In this document: positions 25,376 to 32,000 of the stretch, piece after piece
Position numbering within the stretch: position 1 is the first letter of the stretch
How the letters are laid out: each line of letters begins with the position of its first letter
Position numbers and translations under genes: made by a program
NCBI RefSeq assembly: GCF_007748075.1
Contig: NZ_CP036280.1
Coordinates: forward strand, 870,001 to 902,000
Length of the DNA stretch: 32,000 nucleotides
Direction of reading: 5' to 3'
Source: Mucisphaera calidilacus
GTDB lineage: Bacteria; Planctomycetota; Phycisphaerae; Phycisphaerales; Phycisphaeraceae
Notes under the pieces: generated by a model
Databases searched by the model: none
Seen by the model: only the letters and a program-made list of their open reading frames with translations
What the model was told of the DNA's origin: nothing

Positions 25376-27679
25376 CTAAAGCTCCACCGCCTCACGCCGC
25401 ATCAGCCGAAGCGTCGCCGCCGTACCAAAGAAAACCATCACGAACAGCAGCACCGCGATCGCCGCCGCCTGACCCACCCGGAACTCCGAGAACATCGACC
25501 ACACCATCTTCGTCCCGATCACGTGCGTCGACGTGTTCGGCGACTGGTTCGTCAACAACCAGATCACCTCGAACGCCTTCATCCCCGCGATCACCAGAAA
25601 CACGATCGACACCGACAACGCCTCCCAGATCAGCGGGATCGTGATCGTCCAGAACTGATGCCACGCCGACGCGCCGTCAATCTCCGCCGCCTCATAAAGC
25701 GACTCCGGGATCGACTGCATCGCCGCCAGATACAGAATCATGTTGAAACCGCACGCCGCCCACACCGTCATCGGCACCAGCGCCCAATAAAGATTCTGCT
25801 GGCTCAGCCACGCAAAGCTCTCGAACTGCTCGAAACCCATCGCCACCAGCGCAGCGTTGATCGGCCCGCCCGCAGGGTTGTACATCTGCTGCCACAAGAG
25901 AATCGCCGCGATACCCAGCAGATTCGGGAAGAAAAACACGATCCGAAACACCGTCGAACCCCACACGCCACGAGCCATGCACGTCGCCAGAAACAACGCC
26001 AGCGGGATCACGAACATCGGCACCACGAACATGATGAACAGGTTGTTCCCCAACGCAATCCAGAACCCGTCGTCCTCGTAAAGCAGCCGGTAAAAATGCA
26101 AAATCCCCACCGGCTCCATCTCCGTCAGGCCGTCCCAACGCTGCACCGACCAGCCGAAACTGCTCAGCGAAGGGATCACCAGGAACGCCGTGTACAGCAG
26201 CACCGCGGGCAGCAGGAACGTGATCACCGCCGACGCCCGGATCCGCATCCCGCCCGACTCGGCCTTGTGACGGTCCGCGTACGCCCGCCGGACCTGCAGC
26301 ACCGTCGTCACCAGCACATACAGAACCCCCGCGCCAATCAGCCCCAGAAACAGCAACGGCTTGATCCGATGCCGAACCGTCACGTGGTCCGCATCCAGAG
26401 ACTCCGCCTTTATCTTCTGCGCCGCCGCCTCAAGCTCCCGTGACGCCGCCACCGGATCAAACGCGTCATCCTCCAGCAGCGCCGTCCGAACGTTCTGCCA
26501 CGCCTGATTCATCGCCGGATAGGCATCGTCCGGCACCGCCGGGAAAATCCGCTCCACCGACTCCAGCACACGCGTCAGGTCGCCGAGATTCGCAGGCAGC
26601 GCACGCTCGTTCACACCTCGGATCGCCACCGGTTGACGCTTCGCCGCCGCGATGATCGCCGCCTCCTCAGGCGACGTCAGGAATCGCATGAACGCCGTCG
26701 CCGCCTCCGGGTTCTCACTCTCCGCGAACACGAAGTAATAACCCGTGCCCCCGCACACCGCGCCCGGATCGTCATTCGGACCCCCGATCATCGGGTACTT
26801 GAAGAAACCGACCTCGAAGCCCTCCGGGATCTGGTCCGACATCTCGTTGAGCAGCCACGTCCCGCACGTCACCATCGCCGTACGCCCGCGGAAAAACTCC
26901 AGCTGCGCCTGCGTGTGGCTCATCCCGATCGCGCCCGGCTGGAAGTGATCCCGCGCCAGCCGACGGATCAGCCGCAGCATCTCCACCATGTGCGGGTGGT
27001 CATAAGCCCCCGCCTCCAGCTGCTGCACCGACTCGAGATAATCCGGACCGCCCAGGTGATAAAGCGTCGTGTTGATCAGCTGATGAAGGTACTGAGGATA
27101 CTGGCCCTGAAACGCCATCGGCGCGACGCCCTCACCCTCACGCTCGATCCGCTCGCACAGCTCAAACAGCTCCGGCCACGTCTCGGGGACCGGCCAACCC
27201 TTCTCCCGAAACAGCTTCTTGTTGTACCAGACGCCATACACCGAATACCAGAGCGGCACGCCGAACGTCTGACCGTTGTACCGGTACCGATCAAAACTCC
27301 CCGGCAGAAACGAATCACGCCACGTCGCCCCGTCCGACCCGCGCGCACGATCCAGTGCATCGTCGAGCGGAAAAATCTTGCCGTGACGGATCAGCGTCCC
27401 GTAGTTCACCGGCGCGTCAGAAATCTCCGGGAAACTCCCCTCCAGAATCCGCACCCGGACCTTGTCCACGATGCGCGGATCGCCCATCAGGTCGATCTCG
27501 ATCCCCGGGTTCTGCGCCTCAAAACGTTCAGCCGCCTGCTGGAAAAAACTCGTCCCCAGACCCGCATCAAACAACATCGCCTCGACACGCACCTTCTCCT
27601 GATTCTCAGCCGCCGCCGGAAGGCAGACAACCAGAACAAGCGCGACCACATAGAGATAAGTGAGGATCGGTTTCAGCAT
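25376..27679 (-). CDS. In-frame fusion of an extracellular solute-binding protein (family 1) with a MalF-like ABC permease
   Basis: 767-aa uninterrupted ORF. It reads as signal peptide (VVCLPAAAENQ), an SBP_bac_1-like domain of about 415 aa, an extra TM helix (IKPLLFLGLIGAGVLYVLVTTVLQV), then a typical permease (FLLPAVLLYTAFLVIPSLSSFGWS...EAAEIDGASAWHQFWTITIPLIWEAL). An internal ATG at 26246-26248 marks where a separate permease would normally start. Confidence 0.85.
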   Translation of the reverse strand: MLKPILTYLYVVALVLVVCLPAAAENQEKVRVEAMLFDAGLGTSFFQQAAERFEAQNPGIEIDLMGDPRIVDKVRVRILEGSFPEISDAPVNYGTLIRHGKIFPLDDALDRARGSDGATWRDSFLPGSFDRYRYNGQTFGVPLWYSVYGVWYNKKLFREKGWPVPETWPELFELCERIEREGEGVAPMAFQGQYPQYLHQLINTTLYHLGGPDYLESVQQLEAGAYDHPHMVEMLRLIRRLARDHFQPGAIGMSHTQAQLEFFRGRTAMVTCGTWLLNEMSDQIPEGFEVGFFKYPMIGGPNDDPGAVCGGTGYYFVFAESENPEAATAFMRFLTSPEEAAIIAAAKRQPVAIRGVNERALPANLGDLTRVLESVERIFPAVPDDAYPAMNQAWQNVRTALLEDDAFDPVAASRELEAAAQKIKAESLDADHVTVRHRIKPLLFLGLIGAGVLYVLVTTVLQVRRAYADRHKAESGGMRIRASAVITFLLPAVLLYTAFLVIPSLSSFGWSVQRWDGLTEMEPVGILHFYRLLYEDDGFWIALGNNLFIMFVVPMFVIPLALFLATCMARGVWGSTVFRIVFFFPNLLGIAAILLWQQMYNPAGGPINAALVAMGFEQFESFAWLSQQNLYWALVPMTVWAACGFNMILYLAAMQSIPESLYEAAEIDGASAWHQFWTITIPLIWEALSVSIVFLVIAGMKAFEVIWLLTNQSPNTSTHVIGTKMVWSMFSEFRVGQAAAIAVLLFVMVFFGTAATLRLMRREAVEL

Positions 27680-27754
27680 GCTCAGTTCAGAATAACAGAC
27701 GCGAGATAGTTATAGAAGACTACTCTTTTTTCCAACGCTTCGCGACCTTGCAGG

Positions 27755-27783
27755 TTGCTTGTAGCAGAAACGTCCGTTACGAT
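27755..27783 (+). promoter_or_regulatory. Sigma70-like promoter candidate (TTGCTT-17 nt-TACGAT)
   Basis: TTGCTT at 27755-27760, a 17-nt spacer, and TACGAT at 27778-27783. It sits in an AT-richer intergenic region and points away from the divergent ABC operon. Confidence 0.35.
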
Positions 27784-27789
27784 GATTTA

Positions 27790-27886
27790 TACGAGAGTAA
27801 CTAGATGCGTGTCCCCGAGACACGTGACACCGTCCACCACCCCCCCCTGAGGCGTCGACCTATCTTGGTCGGCGCCTCTTTTTTTT
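27790..27886 (+). ncRNA. Candidate small RNA of about 95-100 nt (promoter, 5' hairpin, C-rich tract, strong terminator); not assigned to a known family
   Basis: Predicted TSS near 27790. Hairpin CGTGTC (27808-27813) / GACACG (27819-27824). Unpaired CCACCACCCCCCC (27835-27847). Terminator at 27849-27886. No plausible CDS uses this terminator. Confidence 0.4.
27849..27886 (+). terminator. Strong plus-strand intrinsic terminator
   Basis: 12-bp stem GAGGCGTCGACC (27849-27860) / GGTCGGCGCCTC (27867-27878) with one G:U pair and a 6-nt loop, followed by T8 (27879-27886). On the minus strand there is no T-run after the stem, so it is unidirectional. Confidence 0.75.
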
Positions 27887-27907
27887 GTGCCCGCATCCAT
27901 CAGCCAT

Positions 27908-27941
27908 TTTTGAATGAAAACGACCCGCTCGGAGGCGGGTC
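27908..27941 (-). terminator. Intrinsic terminator of the OmpA-family gene
   Basis: Perfect 7-bp stem GACCCGC (27922-27928) / GCGGGTC (27935-27941). On the minus strand it is followed by GTTTTCATTCAAAAA. Confidence 0.55.
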
Positions 27942-27950
27942 GGGGGCAAA

Positions 27951-27985
27951 TGGTGAAAAGTGGGGTTTTTTGGTGAAGAGTGGGG
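27951..27985. repeat. Two copies of a 15-nt direct repeat, TGGTGAA(A/G)AGTGGGG, spaced exactly 20 nt apart
   Basis: Copies at 27951-27965 and 27971-27985 with one mismatch. They lie between the OmpA-family stop codon and its terminator. Confidence 0.5.
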
Positions 27986-27994
27986 CGTAGTGGG

Positions 27995-28879
27995 TCACTT
28001 GGTGATCAGCGGCCGACGCACCCGCGTGTTCGGGTCGGCAGGCTCCGCGGGCGGCGGGGTCGCCGAGGCATTACTGCTTGATGAGGCTTGAGATGCGCCC
28101 AGTTCCGTCGGCGTGCCGGGCGTCTCGCTGATCGGGACCAGCATGATCTCGACCCGGCGGTTCGCAGCGCTGCCGTCAGCCGCGTTCTCCTCCAGCGGTC
28201 GGTAAGGTCCGTAACCCGCCACACCGATTCGCGACGCGGGGACCCCCGCTTTTTCCAGCGCATTCTTGACGCCGATTGCACGGTGCACCGACAGGTGCCA
28301 GTTCGTCGGGTGCTTCTCACGCGTCCCCGGGTTGCTGATCGGCACGCTGTCCGTGTGGCCCAGGATCCGGACTTCGTACTGCTCCGCCTCGCTGCGGGAC
28401 AGCACCGCGGCCAGCCGTGCGATGCTCGACGCGGCCTGCGGGCTGACTTCCGCCGAACCGGGGGGGAAGGTCAGGTCGCTCTTGAAGCGGATCAGCGCCA
28501 TGTCCTGGTCGTAGGCCATCAGGTCGCTGTTGGCCTCGGCCAGTTCCATCAGGGCCCTGTCGAGCCGCTCGGGCAGCGCGACGACGACGCCGGCCTCGCG
28601 GAGTTCCGCCTGGGCCTGAGCCAGTTCGGCCTGCAGCCGGGCGCGTTCCTCGCGGAGTCCCTGGAGTTCGAGCAGCAGGACGGGGTCTTTGGGCGGCGGG
28701 GCGTCACGCATCGTCTGGATGGTGGCCTCGGCCTCTTCGAGCCGCTGTTTGAGGTCGATGATCTGCGCCTCGGCCTGCTTGTTCATGGCTTCGAGTTCGT
28801 CGGCGCGTTGCTGCGCGGCGCACCCGCCAAACAGGAAGAGTGAGGTGATCATGACGGAACCAAGCAGGAGACGCTTCAT
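27995..28879 (-). CDS. OmpA-family lipoprotein with an N-terminal coiled-coil region
   Basis: ATG 28877-28879 gives MKRLLLGSVMITSLFLFGGC (lipobox LFGGC). A heptad-like QAEAQIIDLKQRLEEAE...LQAELAQAQAEL region follows. OmpA_C domain motifs: FPPGSAEV, ILGHTDSVPI and NRRVEIML. The ORF-track start at 28924 adds 15 residues. Confidence 0.8.
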   Translation of the reverse strand: MKRLLLGSVMITSLFLFGGCAAQQRADELEAMNKQAEAQIIDLKQRLEEAEATIQTMRDAPPPKDPVLLLELQGLREERARLQAELAQAQAELREAGVVVALPERLDRALMELAEANSDLMAYDQDMALIRFKSDLTFPPGSAEVSPQAASSIARLAAVLSRSEAEQYEVRILGHTDSVPISNPGTREKHPTNWHLSVHRAIGVKNALEKAGVPASRIGVAGYGPYRPLEENAADGSAANRRVEIMLVPISETPGTPTELGASQASSSSNASATPPPAEPADPNTRVRRPLITK

Positions 28880-28960
28880 CGGGGTTGCCCTTTCGGCCCA
28901 GACTGCCAAACTTGTTGCACTCAAACCAAATTACACCATTGGCGCGCGGATCGCACCGAT

Positions 28961-30232
28961 ATGAGGAAAAATCGGCCAGCACAGGGAGACCGCGTGAATA
29001 ACGCAGACAGAAAGGTTTACGTCGCTTCGTGGGTCCGTGACGCCGGGGGGGTGTCGCTGCATCCCGGCGCGGTCGTGGTGGAGGCTGACCCGTCGGGTTC
29101 TCGACGCGTCGTGGCGGTGGGTGATCCCGACGCGCTGCGGGGCGAGGGCGAGGTGATCGACCTTGGCGCGGGCGTGCTGATGCCCGCGATGGTCAACGCG
29201 CATGCGCACCTGGAGTTAAGCTCCATCGGGCAATGGTCTTACGATCGGGATCGAGGCTTTTTCGGCTGGGTGCAGCGGGTTGGCGAGGCGACGCGTGAGG
29301 CGTCGGTGTTTGAGGAGGGGCCCGGGTATCGGTCGGCGGTCGCTGAGGGTCTTCGCCTGAGTGCCGAGGCGGGTGTCGCGGCGGTCGGTGATATCGCCCG
29401 TCATCGTTCGGCGTTATCGGAGCGTCTGGATTCGGGGATGCTGGGGGTGACGTTCCTGGAGTTGTTCGGGATCGGCGAGCCGCATCAGCAGGGGGCGTTG
29501 GAGCGTGTCGCGGCGGGTGGTGCGGAGGGGGCGGGCTGGCAGCCGCACGCGCCCTACTCGGCGGGTCAGGGCGTATACGAGGCGGCGGCGCGGTCGGGTC
29601 TGCCGGTGAGCACGCATTTTTCGGAGCTGCCGGCGGAGCTGGATTTCGTGGCTCGTGCCGAGGGCCCGTGCCGGGTTTACCTGGAGACGATCGGGAAGTG
29701 GAGTCGGGACACCGAGGCGCGGTATTGCCAGGGGTGGTCGCCTGCGTACTGGATGGAGCCGGCGCTGCGTGCCCGGCCGTGGGTGCTGGCTCATGCGCAC
29801 TACGTGGACGACCGGGATATCAAGTTGCTGGCCGACTCGGGCGCGTCGGTGGCTTACTGCCCGGTGGCGGGCGAGTATTTCGAGCACCCTCGGGGTGATC
29901 GTGAGCCGCATCGGTATCGCGAGATGCTGGAGGCGGGGGTGAACGTCTGTCTGGGGACCGATTCGCTGGTGTGTCAGCCGGAGGGCGAGCCTCAGCCGCT
30001 GGGGATTCTGCCTCAGATGCGGCGGCTGTGGCGTCGTGATCAGACCGACCCCGGGCTGTTGCTGGAGATGGCGACGGTGCGTGGGGCGCGGGCGTTGGGT
30101 CTGGATGAGGGGCTTTTTACTTTCGAATCGGGGCCGATCGCGGGTATGCTTTTCGCAGGGCTTGACGGGTCTGATGAGGAAGACGGCCTGCGGCGCGTAC
30201 TGGACGGAGAAACGGCGGCCAAGCCGCTGTAG
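28961..30232 (+). CDS. Amidohydrolase-superfamily protein (chlorohydrolase / aminofutalosine-deaminase-like)
   Basis: HxH metal motif in MPAMVNAHAHLELS, plus STHFSE, LAHAHYV and CLGTDSL. An alternative GTG at 28994 has AGGGAG upstream. Substrate is not assignable from the sequence alone. Confidence 0.8.
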   Translation: MRKNRPAQGDRVNNADRKVYVASWVRDAGGVSLHPGAVVVEADPSGSRRVVAVGDPDALRGEGEVIDLGAGVLMPAMVNAHAHLELSSIGQWSYDRDRGFFGWVQRVGEATREASVFEEGPGYRSAVAEGLRLSAEAGVAAVGDIARHRSALSERLDSGMLGVTFLELFGIGEPHQQGALERVAAGGAEGAGWQPHAPYSAGQGVYEAAARSGLPVSTHFSELPAELDFVARAEGPCRVYLETIGKWSRDTEARYCQGWSPAYWMEPALRARPWVLAHAHYVDDRDIKLLADSGASVAYCPVAGEYFEHPRGDREPHRYREMLEAGVNVCLGTDSLVCQPEGEPQPLGILPQMRRLWRRDQTDPGLLLEMATVRGARALGLDEGLFTFESGPIAGMLFAGLDGSDEEDGLRRVLDGETAAKPL

Positions 30233-30240
30233 GATCGATC

Positions 30241-30624
30241 ATGCTGCTGGAACCGGAACAGCCAGAGACCGGAGGGGACGTGGCGCGTAAGGCGGATAAG
30301 GTTCGCGGCCTGGAGGTTCGCTTCCCGGACGAGTATGCGTGGTTCGTGCTGGTGTCGTCGATGGACCTGATGTTCACGTGGCTGATTCTGAACCTCGGGG
30401 GGAGTGAGGCGAATCCGCTGGCGAACTGGGTCTACCTGCGGCTGGGGTTCAACGGGCTGGTGATTCTCAAGTTTGCGGTGGTGATTCTGGTGGTGCTGAT
30501 CTGCGAGCTGCTGGCGCGTCTGCGTGAGCCGACGGCGCGGCTGCTGGCGCGTGCGGCGGTGGTGATCAGCGCGTTCCCGTCGGTGTGGGCGTTGTCGTTG
30601 TTGTTTCGGTTTGTGATGGGGTGA
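30241..30624 (+). CDS. DUF5658-like small membrane protein
   Basis: 127 aa. SSMDLMFTWLILNLGGSEANPLANWV followed by hydrophobic helices matches my recollection of the DUF5658 pattern (D..T..........E.NP). It starts 8 nt after the amidohydrolase stop. Confidence 0.6.
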   Translation: MLLEPEQPETGGDVARKADKVRGLEVRFPDEYAWFVLVSSMDLMFTWLILNLGGSEANPLANWVYLRLGFNGLVILKFAVVILVVLICELLARLREPTARLLARAAVVISAFPSVWALSLLFRFVMG

Positions 30625-30752
30625 GGGCGGACCGCGCAAGAGGGGAGGCAAGCAGTGTCCACGGACGTCCGTCCGTGGATCGCGAAGGCAGGGGGTGGGG
30701 CACCGTTTCTAGTATTGAGATGGATGGTGGGGCGTTGGTTGCGATGTACCCG

Positions 30753-30780
30753 GCCCCCTTCGCCCGAAGGGGGCTCGTTT
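30753..30780 (+). terminator. Terminator-like GC hairpin with a weak T tract
   Basis: GCCCCCTTCG (30753-30762) / CGAAGGGGGC (30765-30774), effectively 8-9 bp around a small loop, followed by TCGTTTG. Confidence 0.35.
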
Positions 30781-30935
30781 GCGGGTGGGGTGTTGGAGAG
30801 AGTGATCAGATCGTGAGGGGATGAGGGTGGGCGCCGGTTGAGGCGGTCGGCCGGGCCTACGCCCCTGCGCCTTGCATTGATAGCGTATTGCCCGATTGCA
30901 AAATATAGGCTTGAGACGCCAGCACAGGATCTGAG

Positions 30936-31457
30936 CTACTGTTCTAGAGGCTGAGTGATATGGGGCGACTGGCCGCCGCGATATACAAAACGCCATATGT
31001 TAATACATATTATGCAGACAGCGAAGACGAGCACAGCGAGCGATATGACCGAGAGAATTGCCATTCTGAGCATCGAAGAATGCGGACCAAAACGCGCATC
31101 TCGTGGATCATCAGGGTTATATCGTAGCCGGACTTCACTACCAATAGGATATGCCGCCAATTGATAGTCTATATCATCTAGGTCGCCCGAGTAGTATATC
31201 CGCCCTTGGTATGCCTTATCTAAAACGCTGTAGGATGCCGTATAGCGTAGACTTCTATATGTTCTCCGGGTAGTAGATGGCACATTCATCGTGTGTACTT
31301 CGACCTGAGCATCGACGATTGTCGCTGTCGTCACAGGCCATGACCTTGAGTGTAAATTGGCTGCTGTTCCATGGAGTAGTACTACAGGAAGGACAATCGC
31401 AACTGCAAGAAATTGTATAGCTACGATATAATGCGCTAATTTCATAATCAAAGACAT
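30936..31457 (-). CDS. DUF3592 domain-containing membrane protein (low-GC gene)
   Basis: TM helix, then a beta-rich core, then a second TM helix. WPVTTATIVDAQVE...YTASYSVLDKAYQGRIY...YPIGSEVRLRYNPDDPRDA fits the DUF3592 pattern. GC is about 45% by eye. An alternative ATG at 31445 would remove the 10-nt overlap with the upstream ORF. Confidence 0.75.
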   Translation of the reverse strand: MSLIMKLAHYIVAIQFLAVAIVLPVVLLHGTAANLHSRSWPVTTATIVDAQVEVHTMNVPSTTRRTYRSLRYTASYSVLDKAYQGRIYYSGDLDDIDYQLAAYPIGSEVRLRYNPDDPRDARFGPHSSMLRMAILSVISLAVLVFAVCIICINIWRFVYRGGQSPHITQPLEQ

Positions 31458-31849
31458 GATATTTCCCCTAGACTGACATTTCCCGTTTGACCACCCAGGC
31501 TACAGCCGCTGGGGTTCTTTTGAACGAAGTCTATTGCGCGGGCCGCTCTGGCCGAAGCCCCGAGCCGCCAGAATCCGGTTGCCTCGAACCGCTGATCGGG
31601 ATCGGAGTGCATGAGCCGGCAGGCTGCGATCACATCATCGGCTGCGTTGTCCGTCTGGGGAGACGGGAAGGAGGTCTCGAGTTCGGCGAGCGTAATGGGC
31701 AGTCCCTGAGTGCGGACGTGCTGGATTTCTGCGTTGATGCTGATCTGGATCCAGACGCGTACAAGCGTGTATGCGGAGAGGAGGAGAACGAGCGTGAGGA
31801 ATGGAAGTTTCCACCACCTGCCGGTTTTGAGTGAGAAGAGTTTTTTCAC
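31448..31849 (-). CDS. Hypothetical N-terminally membrane-anchored protein, possibly a truncated gene
   Basis: GTG start at 31847-31849 with GAGGA 7 nt upstream, and an N-terminal TM (WKLPFLTLVLLLSAYTLV). The last ~40 codons run into the low-GC islet and look non-native (…NPSGCSLGGQTGNVSLGEISCL). Confidence 0.4.
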   Translation of the reverse strand: MKKLFSLKTGRWWKLPFLTLVLLLSAYTLVRVWIQISINAEIQHVRTQGLPITLAELETSFPSPQTDNAADDVIAACRLMHSDPDQRFEATGFWRLGASARAARAIDFVQKNPSGCSLGGQTGNVSLGEISCL

Positions 31850-31937
31850 GGTGGATCCTCGCGTTGTTTGTTGAGTCTGAGGCTGTTGGATGTGATTTTA
31901 GAGAAAGAACTGGCGGAATGGGTTCGAGGGATTGAGG

Positions 31938-32000
31938 ATGTGCACTCTGACGTTCCTGCCGGGATCGTTGTTGGATGAGTATTGTTACGAGGGTGGGATG
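31938..32000 (+). CDS. Possible 5' end of a CDS (MCTLTFLPGSLLDEYCYEGGM...), running off the window
   Basis: ATG 31938 with GAGGGA 7 nt upstream. The frame is open to the window end. An N-terminal MCT start is reminiscent of Cys-nucleophile (Ntn/NRDE-type) proteins, but 21 codons are far too few to decide. Confidence 0.2.
   Translation, partial: MCTLTFLPGSLLDEYCYEGGM

Noticed and set aside
25523-27709. Plus-strand ORFs of 306 and 358 aa opposite the fused SBP-permease gene
   Set aside because: These are Arg/His/Pro/Gln-rich antisense shadows. The minus-strand frame carries unmistakable SBP and permease motifs.
27805-27990. 61-aa ORF in the intergenic region
   Set aside because: It reads straight through a strong intrinsic terminator and a second hairpin, has no RBS, and has an odd composition. 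The region is better explained as non-coding (candidate sRNA plus terminators).
30585-30824. 79-aa Gly/Val-rich ORF in the spacer after the DUF5658 gene
   Set aside because: It has no RBS, overlaps the end of the DUF5658 gene, spans two strong hairpins, and has low-complexity composition.

Overview
High-GC (roughly 65% by eye, not computed), densely coding bacterial chromosomal segment. It is mostly housekeeping, with two small low-GC patches. The gene content fits a Planctomycetota/PVC-like Gram-negative lineage: a PEP-CTERM-type secreted protein, an OmpA lipoprotein, a GldA/F/G-like ABC module with a DUF4340 protein, DUF5658, and an mcsA-mcsB pair. That placement is inference only.

Gene order:
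- larE-like (5'-truncated), then mcsA-mcsB, convergent with mutY
- stand-alone class II RNR C-terminal (TSCPD-like) domain protein, then a hypothetical protein
- tRNA-Gln(UUG), then a GlmU-N-terminal-domain-only nucleotidyltransferase, prs, rplY/ctc and pth
- PEP-CTERM-type protein, convergent with ptsN
- divergent four-gene ABC module: ATPase, ABC-2 permease, GldG-like protein, DUF4340 protein
- purF (minus strand), then RNase P RNA (rnpB)
- ctaA-ctaB-ABC ATPase operon (minus strand)
- cimA-trpF, followed by a low-GC orphan membrane protein
- sugar ABC operon (minus strand) whose first gene is an in-frame fusion of solute-binding protein and permease
- an intergenic region with a promoter-plus-terminator unit that may be a small RNA
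- OmpA-family lipoprotein (minus strand), then an amidohydrolase and a DUF5658 protein
- a low-GC islet carrying a DUF3592 gene next to a possibly truncated gene

I saw no CRISPR array, transposase, integrase or rRNA, and I recognised no complete defence system. The most interesting items are modest: the fused SBP-permease, the candidate C-rich sRNA, the low-GC orphan membrane protein, the five-fold repeat DUF4340 protein in the GldAFG-like module, the stand-alone RNR C-terminal domain, and the isolated mcsAB pair. Many long ORFs in the track are antisense or off-frame shadows typical of high-GC DNA and were rejected.
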